Positions 11,295-23,198 of a DNA stretch of 64,000 nt are shown here, piece after piece. This DNA comes from Salisapilia sapeloensis CBS 127946 (lineage: Eukaryota; Protista; Oomycota), in contig JAADVB010000018.1 of NCBI GenBank assembly GCA_023334545.1, positions 62,001 to 126,000 of the forward strand. The letters are read 5' to 3'. The number at the start of each line of letters is the position of its first letter. Positions within the stretch are counted from its first letter, which is position 1. A program made the translations under genes and the position numbers. The notes below the pieces were generated by a model. The model made no database searches. It saw only the letters and a list, made by a program, of their open reading frames with translations, and was not told the DNA's origin.

Positions 11295-12921
11295 CTATCG
11301 AGTCCGCATGGCTCGACGTCGGCTGAGTGTCCAGCAAAGACCGATAAACGTAAGCAAGACGGTGCCAGCACCGACGATTATCCCAGTCGTCAGCCACGTA
11401 TCAAAGGACATGCCGAAGAACTCGGCTTTGCCACCGCCATCAATTGTCGTATTTACAGGACCAGCAACAGCACCAGTCGGGATGACAGGAAAGACACTGA
11501 CGCCACAATTGATCTTGTTATCAGTCCGCAACTTGACGAATCCCTTGTCTCCCCACGCAGGACCATACGAGTTTTTCAAAATCCAATAGTCTCCATCGTC
11601 ACTTCCGTAGCCTACGAGCACGAGCGCGTGATCAATGGAGGAGCTGTCCATCATGACACCATTGTCCGGACACTCGTACACGCCACCCTTGTAGTCTTTA
11701 AAGGTACTTCCAGAGTTAATCGCGACAGAGATCGGTTGTTGCTGTAGTGCTGCTTTTAGTAGTTGCGTCGAGTCAGAGGACTGTTCGCAATCTTTCCCGA
11801 CTGCTTGTTCCCAGCTCTCGATACTAGCAGCAGCTCTCGACTCGTCTGGTTGACAAGTGGCAGAATCGTTCCGTGTGGCCGATGGATTGTATCCATGCGC
11901 CCCACCAGCGTCTTGGTACGGCAGTTCCAATTGACTCAGCAAGTTCATACGCAATTGAGCAGCGTCAGCAAAGGCACCGTGGGTCATGCCACCGTTACAT
12001 CCGTTGTTAAAGCTCCCCCATTTCATTCGAGATTGAAGCCAAGCAGCGCCACTCGCACCAGCACCTTCGACCCAGCAGTACTCGAACGTCGCAGTCATCT
12101 GACGCGTACTGCAGTCGAGGAACTGCTGCGGAGAGAGGGAGACGGCCGAGGCATTGGAGTTGATCGCGACAGCGCCTTCGATGGCGTCTGCGGCGGCAAA
12201 GGCCCAGCAACTGCCACAGTTTTCTTGTGACTTGACGGACGAGCAGACGCTAAAGCCGAGTGGGTTGTCTGTCGTGCACCAGTTTAACGATGACGGAAGC
12301 GATGATGTGCTTGGTAAATCTGATGGTGCTGGAGCTGGCGTAGCAGCTGAGTTGGAGGCTCCTAGAGGTGCGAAATCGACGGGTTGATCGCTCTGTTGAG
12401 CCTCTTGGAGTCGACGCTGTTTCTTCGCGACGAGTTCTTGCTCGACGAATTCACGAGCGGTCTGATGATGATAGTCGTCTTCATAAAGATGTCGGTGGTT
12501 GACACCCATCTTGTAGGCAAACTGATGATCGAGTTCGAGCGCATGGCGATGGACATCTAAGGAGAAAAGAAAAAATTAAGAATGATATATTTCTACCAAT
12601 GTATGCTTCATAGGAATACTGGGGAGATTCTTGTATATATAGAAGATGTGTGAATATTGGTAGAGAGTACATACCTTCAATGTACTCGACATGATCTTCT
12701 AATCGTTGTCGAAATTCGAAGTGAGTCGAGTAGTCGAGGTCATCCGAGGCCATGAGCTCTCGGATCATTGTGTGGGCATCCACGGCGTTTCCGTTCGAGT
12801 CAGCCCATAGGCATGCTCCAGTGGTTTCACATCGGAGCAACGTGCCCAAGGATTCACTCCCGGCATGGACCAGGCTCAGACCAGCAGTCAGGATAAGAGC
12901 CGGTAATTTTCGCACCACCAT
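11295..12921 (-). CDS. Papain-family (C1A) cysteine protease with signal peptide, I29-like prodomain and C-terminal transmembrane anchor; 2 exons
   Basis: QENCGSCWAFAA, SLSPQQFLDC, GCNGG, DHALVLVGYG, WILKNSYG (full Cys/His/Asn triad). Hydrophobic N-terminus MVVRKLPALILTAGLSLVHA; TM segment WLTTGIIVGAGTVLLTFIGLCW. Intron at about 12560-12673. Confidence 0.93.
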
Positions 12922-13414
12922 CTTTAGAATGTAGATGTGTAGTTGATGAAAGGCGGGAGTGCACCTCTAGGAGATGCTCGAGCGTGGATATGACGGTGGT
13001 CGAAACGAGGAAGAGGTAGGACACGGAAGCTCTCTACCCGACGACAAATGCGATCACTGGGTCGAGCCCAGTCTGCAAGTTAGAAAAGTTACTTATTGCC
13101 GATAGAACGCGTTATTTCGAGACGATTGCAGCATTTTGTATGGTCGGTCAGTATAATAGCGACCATTTGACAACTGCATAGGTTAACGGTTAGGTGTACG
13201 CGAAGACTTGACTGATTAAGGTTTCGGTGCCTGTGCTGGACGCAGGTCCATGAACCTGCGTACCTCTGAGTAGATTGATGCCATTATTCCATTCCTAGTA
13301 GAGTCGTACGGTGTGTGCAGAAGGGCGACAGCACTCACAATCTAGCGAGCATTGGTTACGAACCAGTATTAGTTTTCGATCTTGGAAGGTCGCTTCCAGT
13401 CGCAAATCCTACAG

Positions 13415-16400
13415 ATGCCGAAGCGTACATCGCACGCGTGTGCTGTTGTCTTGTTCGCGCTCGTTCTGAGAAATGTGTTTGGGACACTATCCGATGTGAC
13501 TATCGCTCCTAATGACGATAGCGCTGGTATCACCGGGACCATCTCCATCACGTTTGTATCCGATCTATCCATTGCTCTTGACAGTGAGCTTTCCATCCTC
13601 CTTCCTACAGGCTTTGAAATTGCAAGTACAGCAGCAGCATCTCCTGATAATAGCAACTCCGACGGGACAACATTGTCAGTTGTCTCTCAAGCGTCTACTT
13701 CTTTGCGATGCAAGATCGAGACAGCGGCAATTTCTTCATTTACAGCTTTTGCTTTCGATGTCACGGACGTCACGAATCCAGCCGAGGGATCATGGCAACC
13801 GACGACGTTGATTCTATACGATAGTGAAGGCATCGAGTTGGATCGAACCAGTTTTATTCCAGCCATCGACATCGTCTTGACGCCATTCAGTTCTGTAGCC
13901 ACTGCGCTGGACACAACGGATGCAGGTGCGACAGGAGCAGCCTCGATATCCTTTACAACAGATGTAGCTTTAAAGATTGGTAGTAAGATCGTAGTCGTTT
14001 TTCCAGCAGCATTAGCACTTCAACCAACAGAGGTGACGCCCACTAGTAGCATTTTAGACTCATCGAGTACCTTGTCCTATCAGGCACCGTCGACAGCAAC
14101 TGTTGTCATCCAAGGCACAGATATTTCGGCAGGTGAAGACGTGTCTTTCTCGTTAGATGGTATCACGAACCCAGGCGAGAGTTCCTTGGCAGACTTCGTT
14201 GTTACATCGACGGATGGATCGAATAAGATCTACCAACGATCTCCTGTTGCTGGTGGAGACATCACTAGTACAGAGTTAACTGATGTCCATTTAGTCAGTA
14301 CATCTCTTCTTGCAGGTACTCCTACAGCATTCACGATAGAATATACGTCTAAGGTGCCAATACCAGTCAACGGCATGTTTGTACTTAGCTTACCGACAGA
14401 TTATAAGCTTGATGCCTCGTCTTTTGTGCTGTCAGATAGTAATAGTGGTGACTCGATAAGCGGCATCTTGTCTTCCCAACTGATAGTGTTTCCTTTCGAT
14501 GCTGCTGTGGCATCTGGGGCACAGAGCTTTACCCTGGAGCAGGTGTTCAATCCTAGTGCCCGTACCACAGACACCTTTATGATGTGGACAGCAGATGCAA
14601 ATGGATTGCTGTTGGAAGTAGCTGTTGGGATCAACGGATTTGAAATTGCCGCTGGTACGATTTCAGATGCACACTTTCAACCGCAACGTGCGAATCCTGG
14701 TCTAGACTCATCCGCTACGCTTACGTTTACCACTTCTGCTCGACTAGTACCTGGCAGCTACTTGCAATTGTTCATACCGCAAGATGATTATAAACCAGTA
14801 GGAAGTGGACTATTCGTAGATGTACAGACTCCTTCGTCAATCACAGCTACGATTACTTGGGATACAGGAGCGTCTAAAGCTGTTATAAAGATTACTGGAC
14901 CCAATACTATTCCACCAGGAGCTGACGTTACAATATCTTTATCTACTTTCCAAATGCCTCCATCCGTCCGTGCGGCAACATCTACAGCTTCAATTGAGAG
15001 TTATGACGCGTCTGATCTAGCTTTAGATGCATCCAGTGTTGTAAACATGGCTGAAATTGAAGCCGTGACCATCCTCAATTGTGTCTGGACGACATTTTCG
15101 CCCAATCCAGGCATATTATCGAGCGTTGAGATTGTATTTGAAACTAGTGGTCGTATCCCTGCGTCTGGAGCTGTTAAAATATTGTTACCTAGTGATGACT
15201 TTAGTGCTGCTGTTGTCGAAAACGCACCGAGTATAACATTTATCTATCCGTCCAATATGACAGGAACAGGGTCGTTTGATGCGGATCTACATGAATTGGA
15301 AATTGTTCTAGATGAGGAACTGCCGAGGCTTGGTACCGTCAAACTACAAGTAGCGACACTGAATACACCATGGTCGGTTCGATCGGCGAATCGATCCGGA
15401 TCAACGTTACGGACACTTGACACAGTAGGAGTGACCATCGATGGACCAAGTCTACTGCAGCTTGATGCTATTCAGCCAGGGCCATTATTAGGTGACCGAT
15501 TGTGGACGTCAAGTGAGCCGTATGCAGGTATCACAAGCGATCAAGAAGTGACGTGGATGAACCACGGTCAGCTCTCTGTTGGCAGTCGCATTGAAATCAC
15601 GCTTCCAGTAACTGGATGGAGTGCGAGTGAGATTTCGACCGTAGATCTCATCTCTCCAAACATTGGATTAACGTTTAGTTATGCCTTTGATCTTCCGACA
15701 CGAACACTAACATTGACAATTGATGGATCAGTGGATCTACCGTCTAATTCTGTCATTCTGTTACAATTTCCAGGTGTAAAAAATCCTCCGAATGAAGTCG
15801 GCAATACAAAAGCAAGCGTCACTACGTTTGCACCGGACGGCATTGCCGTAGATGGACCCGATACGATTTCCATTCGACCGATTGGGGTCGGGCAGATAAC
15901 AGGTGTGAAGACATTGACAAGTGTGAATAATGCGGCGAGTATGGCGAGTGACCAGGAAGTACGTGTGACGTTGAATGGTGCACTTGCATCTGGGGGCTTT
16001 ATCTATTTTATTTTTCCACAGGATGTAGGATGGAGAGCTCTAACACTTCCATTAGATGTTCAATTTAGTAGTCCACCAGATATCACAGCTACTTCTGTCG
16101 AGTGGACTGCAGCAGAGTGTGAAGTACGCATTGAGATCGATGGAAACATACCGGAGCGAACAGATATTGAGGTGGTAGTTAAAGGATTGGCAAATCCGTA
16201 TCAGATACATGGCACGTCGTTGCTTACTGTCTTGACGAAAGTGTCAACTCGATTGGCAGTAGATGCATCAGATAATATAGTTATTAACTCCATATCAAGT
16301 GGAGAGTTACCTAGTGGAGCAACATGGACATCGACTATTGCTACGCCAGGCGTATCATCTACACATATCTTGTCGTTGACAACTGCTGGTGAGATGTTGG

Positions 16401-19400
16401 AAGAAGCTAGTATTTGTCTTTCTTTCCCAAAGACAGACTCGTGGGTGTTCCAGTCTATGAACAATGCTAAACTAACTGATGAAAGCACTGGTAAGACCGA
16501 TACAACACAGGCGTTGTGGTATGCATCTCGGAAAGAATTGTGCGTCATGATCGTCTCTACTATCAAGCAAGAGACGTCAATTATAGTTGAGATCATAGAC
16601 GTCGTATCGCCCATGTCTGTTCGTTCGGAAACAAATAGAAGTATGAAAGCTGTGGGTCATCTAGAAGGTGACATTGCTTCTGGGACGTATACTCTCAATG
16701 CGGTTACAGCAGGAGAGCTTACTGGAAGTCTAAGTTGGGAGTCGGCGTTTTATTCTCCGGGTGCAGTGGCAGGTCTGAGAACAAGCGCAACCTTAATGTT
16801 TACGACGATAGGTGCGATCCCAACCGGTAGTGCTGTGGTACTCACACTACCCGTCGAATGGAAATTACTTCCTGAATGCTTTGTTTCTCGCATGCTGCCA
16901 CCGCTTTCTGTGTCTGCGTTATGTAGTGACAACATTTTAACGATCTTACTGGAGAATGATGTGAATGAAGGACAAGCGATAGAGCTTGAGCTTAATGGAG
17001 TTATAAATCCACCTACGACACAACCTGCTGGTATTGCAACAGCCACGAGTTATGCTTCTGATGGAGGTATAATCGATCAGTCCATCGCTATAACAACGAA
17101 TGCGATTGTGAGTCAAGTGACGGATATCCAAAGTGCTGGAGACGTTCGTGTGGCTGTTCGAGGTGTCGAAAAGGTATTTACTTTCGTCGGTGATAGCGTT
17201 GCTTCTCAAGATATTGTCAAGTTCATGCCATTTGATACATCGAGTGATACGAACTGTGGAACGTTTACGTCAGGTATGTCAGATGCAGGTGGGGTGACGA
17301 TACAATACCTCGATTCGAAACTTTCTATAGCACTGACATTCGGTGTCTCCTCTATCGATGGACAGCCTTTTACGATCTGCTACAAGCACGGATCAAATCC
17401 TTTTCGATTATACAGTAGCTTTGCATTCTATGTTAAAGAAGTAAAAGAAATTGTTGTAAATGAAGGATTAGCATCATTAGCAGTCTCCAACTACATCAAG
17501 AACTGGAGGATAGTCGGCAATGGACTTGCAGATGGAGACTCTATCCGATGGATCGATCTAGATATTGTAAACGCTGCAATCTCTATAGAAGATGTAGATT
17601 GCTCTGATACGAATCACTTGGCTGTTTTACTCGGTGATGATAATCCACTACCTGGAGAAGATGACTACACGAGGGTGCTAAATAGACCTCTTTTCGAGTC
17701 TATGTATGCTTTTACAGAAGCAGACGCTGGGAAAACGTTTTGTCTTTGCATGAAATTCGGACAAGAACCTTTTACTGTATACCCGACTCTGCAGGTTAGA
17801 GTAAATCATGTGAGCGATATGACTGCCGCTGTCATGGGTAGCAACGATGTGGTCGTAGCTGATGCGACGAAACGCTTCTTATTGCATGGACATGGGCTCA
17901 AACAAAGTCATCGCATCTTTTTCATCGAAAGTGATGGAGCTGAGGACTGTCATCTAGCTTTCAACGATGAAACGAGGAGACTACGTCATTACTTTGATAA
18001 TCAGTACCAGACTATACTCTACCTTGATGCAGACCAAGCCTTCGATGTTCATTTTGACAGTGCTGATGCTGGAAAGTGGGCGTCTCTGTGCTATGAATTC
18101 GAGAATGAGCCCTTTCAATATTACCCGAGTCATTCTGTATACATTCATGGCGTTTCTGGCTTTAGTGGATCATTAGGAGAACCTGACTTTGCTGTTGCGC
18201 ATGTACCAGAGCCACTCACCTACTTTGGTTTTGGACTGCATGAAGGAGATCAAGTTCGATGGGTCGCAAATGGGCAGAGTGACTGTGAGACGAACTTTGG
18301 AAAGCTTGTGGCAAGCGATACATCCGTCGTGTTTGAAACGACGACGTTAGATTCAGACTCTAGTGCCAGCTTTAACTTTTCATCTGATCAAGTCGATTAT
18401 AACCCTGTCCTTTGCTACAAGTTTGGGTCGGAAGAATATAAATTGTATGAGCAACTGACGATATCGATTGGAACGATCAAACGTAAGGTTGCAACTGTCG
18501 GAGAGAAAGATGTGGCAGTCACGCACTATCGAAAGCTATTTGCGTTACAAGGTGAGAATACAGCAAAGGGAGATCGAGTCGCTTGGACGTTTGATACGTC
18601 CGTTAATTCCTGTGATGACTTGGCACAACAGAACATAGACGCAGAGACAGGTGATGGACCATTGCTGGCGTATGTCAATGATGATCTGTACGTCGGAGTG
18701 AACTTTATCTCTGCCGTGTCAGGACTTCGAGTCTCTCTATGCTATGGCTTTGGCACGGAGCCATTGAAACTTTATTCTAACCTTCAGGTACGCGTGAAAA
18801 GCGTTAAGGGCGTCTTGGCAGGACGAGGAAGTCCGTCGATTGCTGTTGTCGGAGCTCCTAAGTCACTAGAGTTTAGAGGCGACGGGGTGAGTACTGGTGA
18901 CTTTGCAAAGTTCGTCGCGCAATCACCGGATGGATGTAACCAGCCTGGTGTGTCTTTGATAGACATTGCAAAGGAGTATGATCGATACGATGATATGGCT
19001 TTGTATTTATATCAGACGATGGCAGGCGTCACTAGTGCTAGTTTTAACTTTGTCGATGATGATATGACGCCAGGTGAACAGCGCGTACTGTGCTACTCGT
19101 TCTCTGGGAAAGAGCCGTACTTTTACTATGAAGATTTTGTCATTGATATACATACTGCTCGTGCTTTCGAATATGCTGAAGGGTATGCCTTTGGTGATCC
19201 TTCTATTGCTGTCGCACGTGAAATAAAAAAAGTTGTACTCACTGGCGTGGGTATCACTCAGCATGATGTGGTAAAATTCATATCATCTACAGCTGCATCT
19301 GATCAGGATTGTCTTGACTTTCCACCGATGGGGATGTCTTCTGATGTGACAGTAGAGGAAGACGGTGTGATCACCTTGGCATTTGATCACGGATCTAAAG

Positions 19401-22400
19401 ACACCGCCTGGCGTCTTTGCTATCGAACAGGCGATGAGCCTTATCGACTCTTTCCATCCATGACCATGGAAGTAAAGGAAATAACTAATTTCCTCGACTA
19501 CTTGAACCCTAAATCGACAGTGCTTAGTCGGATGGCGACGATCGGGCATGAAAAAGTATGGCAACCTATAGGCTCAGGTATCTCTGCTGGGGATACAGTA
19601 AAATTCGTATATAGGACTGTCGTCTCAAGCGATGCTTGTGGTGGTACAAGTGCGAATATGGTACTAGGTACGACGATGATGACTGTGTCAGCAGAACACC
19701 TTACATTTACAGGTCTCTTTACGCAGTATCCGTCCGTCCTGAGTGATGCGTATCATATTTGCTATCAATTTCAGAACGAACCATTTGCTTACATTCCAAA
19801 CTTTGATATCAAGACGTTCGGTATTAAGGGTATTGATAGATCTACGATCTTGGCACAGGCGGCGACGCTTATACGCGTACAAGGCTTTCGTATAAGTAGT
19901 GACGATCAACTCGCATGGACAAAGACAGAATCTTGTGCAGATGCATTTAAAGTCTCGAATGTCGTAGACACAGAAGCTGTCGTGCAGTTTGACACGGTGT
20001 ACGACGAGCTCTTCCTTTGCTATAGTTTCAGTAGACAACGATGGGAACGTTTTGATAGTATTCGGCTATCTGTAGTGCAAGCTGATATCTGGGTACCTTC
20101 TGTCGCGACGATCGTAGCGCAGCAAGAGGAGGTCATTGAGGTGTCTGGAACGTTCGGATTGACGATGGGTGAGAGTAGCTTGGCATGGATCCCAGCTGAC
20201 GCATCCGCGTGCAGTGAGAGCTTAATGGATGCGTACGCAGGTATTATGCAAAGCTCTATCGTAGCTTCCGTAGCTTCTTCAACATCCGTCGCACGATCCG
20301 GATCGTCTGTCTTCCGCGTCAAGTATGAAGCTCCAGGTGCGGAGACAACAGAAGGTATAACAGGTGCGAATATTGGTGTCTGGAAGCTTTGTTTTAAATT
20401 TGGCAGCATGTCGAGCACTCTTTTATTCGACGACGTCCTCTGTGAAGTCTTGAACGTTTATGATGTGAGCTTAGTAGCTCGTGACACGACGTTAGGTGGT
20501 ACCACCATGACGTTCCAATTCAAGGGAGTTGGATTAGAAGATATGGATATGGCAAAGTGGGTAGCTGCATCAGACGTCGTTAGTGATGAAGACTGTGAGA
20601 CAGCGCCTCCGCTTGGTGAGAGCGTGGAGTCTGCTGTGCTTAATAGTAGAGCGACGTTCACCTTCCATGACGTAAATACAGATATGGCTCTCTGCTATTT
20701 ATTCAAAGGACACAGCTACAAACTATATGCAGGTCTAAATGTCCGCGACGCGACATCGGCTTCATCCGTGTCGAGTGTGCAGCGTGATCTTTCAGCTACG
20801 ACTGAAGAAGAAAATCATCTTGATGCAGTGGAAAGTGAACAGATACATAGAAGCTCACAAGCAGCCACAGTGCGGTTGAGATTAGATAGAGATATAGACT
20901 TGATACCACCAGGATCGGATGCTGAAGCTACGTTCAAGACCGACTTTATCTCTGCTTTATCTATAGCCTTAGACATTCCTGCTTCTAGAGTAGTTATAAA
21001 GCAGATCACAAGAGGATCGGTTATTGTCGAATTCGACATCTTGCCATCCGATAACGTTGCTGACCCTCTTGCAAACGAAGTAGTACAGTCTATAGCTAGT
21101 GAGCTTGAAGATCCTCAGGGCACACTAAAAGACAACGCTGTGATGGCGGATATTGATACCCAGGATGGTCTTCAGACGATATATTATTTTCTAGATATCG
21201 AAGAGAGCACGCCGAAGCCGTTCAAGTCTGTTCCTTACCAGCGCAAGGGTCTGTTCACGTTCGTCCAGCCTGTATATAGCATTACAGAAGAGTCCAGTAC
21301 GCTTAGTATTCCTATCATGCGACTTCATGGTACGAACGGCATGGTCACCGTGCCGATTGATATAGACTATAGTGGTATCGGTTCGGCAACGTTCGATGAA
21401 GATTACTCGATCGTAACGGATTTAAATGACGCAGGTCGACGTAGATTCGTTCGTTTCGATGCTGGAGAGAAGGTCAAATACGTAGATGTAGTGGTAGCGA
21501 ATGATAGTATGGTGGAAGCACACTTTGAAAGCTTCGAGATAACGCTTCAGACACCAGAGGCGCTCCAGACAGCTTTAGGAGATATCTATACAACCACCAT
21601 TCGGATATATGATTCACGTCAAGGAGAAGTACTTGCTTCATCTACATTTGGTAACTCTGATCCACAAGGCTGGAGTGTTGTTGGGAATGGAAATGACGCA
21701 CACTTGCGTGTTAGTTCCAATGGGATCTTTGCAGTGGACAACAGTGTCGGTGAAGGGGAGTATAATGAGAAATGTGATGCAGCCTCCCCGACTGGCTCAT
21801 GCTCGTATACATGTACTTTAGGCGGAAATATCTTACACGGTAGTGGATTGAGCTCCCCTTACAATTCCTTACTACTGGACGGAGATGATTACGCCGTCAG
21901 CACTAGCGAACTATCCTCCTTTCCGACAAAGGTACCTTCTCTATCTCTACATCATGCTCATATTTACTTATTCTGGTTGGTTTTAGGAGTTTACTCTGTC
22001 GCTGTGGGTCAAGACAACTTCGACGTCGACGGATAATTGTCTATTCTCCTACTCGATCGTTTCGTCCACAACTCCTCTCGTAGCTTTGGCAATCTGCAAT
22101 CCATCCAACCTTCAAATCTACATCAATGCTCACAACGATTTGGATGGTCTGACAACGTTTGTAAATATTTCGGATGGTGCATGGCACTTTATTGCGCTTG
22201 AATGGGATTCACAAGACGGACGAGTATACTTGTTCGATAACGCCTTACTAGTCTTTGACGGAGGGCCTTATCATGGAGGTATGCCTCTGCACTCAGCGCG
22301 CGGTTTATTAATTCTTGGAGCTCTGGTGCTATCTGGATCAGAACCTTACTGCACAAACACGATGAATGAAAGTCTGGAAGGAGATAGAATTGAAGTATCC

Positions 22401-23135
22401 TGTGACATCGTACTTGGCTCTGGGTTCCGTGGTGAGCTTCAGCACTTGCATGTTTGGAGTAGAGCGTTGTCGTTATCCGAACTACGAAGGGAAGTGGCTT
22501 GGCCGATGCAAGTGACTTTAAATGGTCTCGTCGTTGGATGGAACTTCGATCGCCCGCATCTGCTCGACGATGGATATCACGTGAATGATATCACGACTAC
22601 GGGACAGCAAGCAAAACATATAGGCTATATTTATTGTTCAACATTACTAGGATCCAGTTCTTGCTTTTCGCAAGGCAGCGTGCCATCTCTATACTCTCCA
22701 AGCTTTCCTTGCGGCCCAGTGTATGCCAACCTCTGGCACTTTTCCGCTCCAGAGTACTTTGTCCAGCAATTAGCTTTTTCCTACGGCGGCAGACTGCAGT
22801 ACAAGATGCTCGCTCCTAGCTACAACGGAAGGCCTCGACCTAGAAGAGGCCAAATCTCACTCTTTGCATCCGATGGAACGCATCTCTCTCGATCGTTAGG
22901 GAGTTTCCAATTGCCTTTAGCATCATCTTGGACGTATTACTCTGTTATACTACGAGAGGACTTTGCTTGGATTCAAGAACCCGCCGGTACGTCCGTTAGT
23001 ACAGAGACATTTCGACACGTCCTAGAGACAGCTTCTAGCTTATGGATACGAGGGGACCTATGGGGATCAAGTACGTCTGGATTAGGACAAGAAGTAGTCT
23101 ATCTAAATGACGTCATCCTACATGCACGACCGTAA
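13415..23135 (+). CDS. Giant secreted modular protein (~3,220 aa): 9 beta-rich repeats, 11 Cys-containing 'LCY' repeats, SEA-like, Calx-beta, pentraxin/LamG, laminin IV(B)-like; 2 exons
   Basis: Signal-peptide-like MPKRTSHACAVVLFALVLRNVFG from ATG 13415. One intron 21932-21986 (aag|gtacct...ttttag|gag) joins the 2884-aa and 349-aa ORFs in frame via EFTLSLWVKT...LFSY. Calx-beta: FTFVQPVYSITEE...FDAGEKVKYVDVVVANDS. Laminin-B-like: WHFSAPEYF...FSYGGRLQY...SLWIRG. Confidence 0.88.
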
Positions 23136-23198
23136 CACGTACAAACTTTATGATATTTCAGTCAAACAAATTGTCTTCTACTTGTATTCGCGAAAGAA

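Noticed and set aside
13512-21821. Many 60-140 aa ORFs inside the two giant genes (also 39699-50719)
   Set aside because: Shadow or antisense ORFs expected within long coding sequences; no recognisable motifs.
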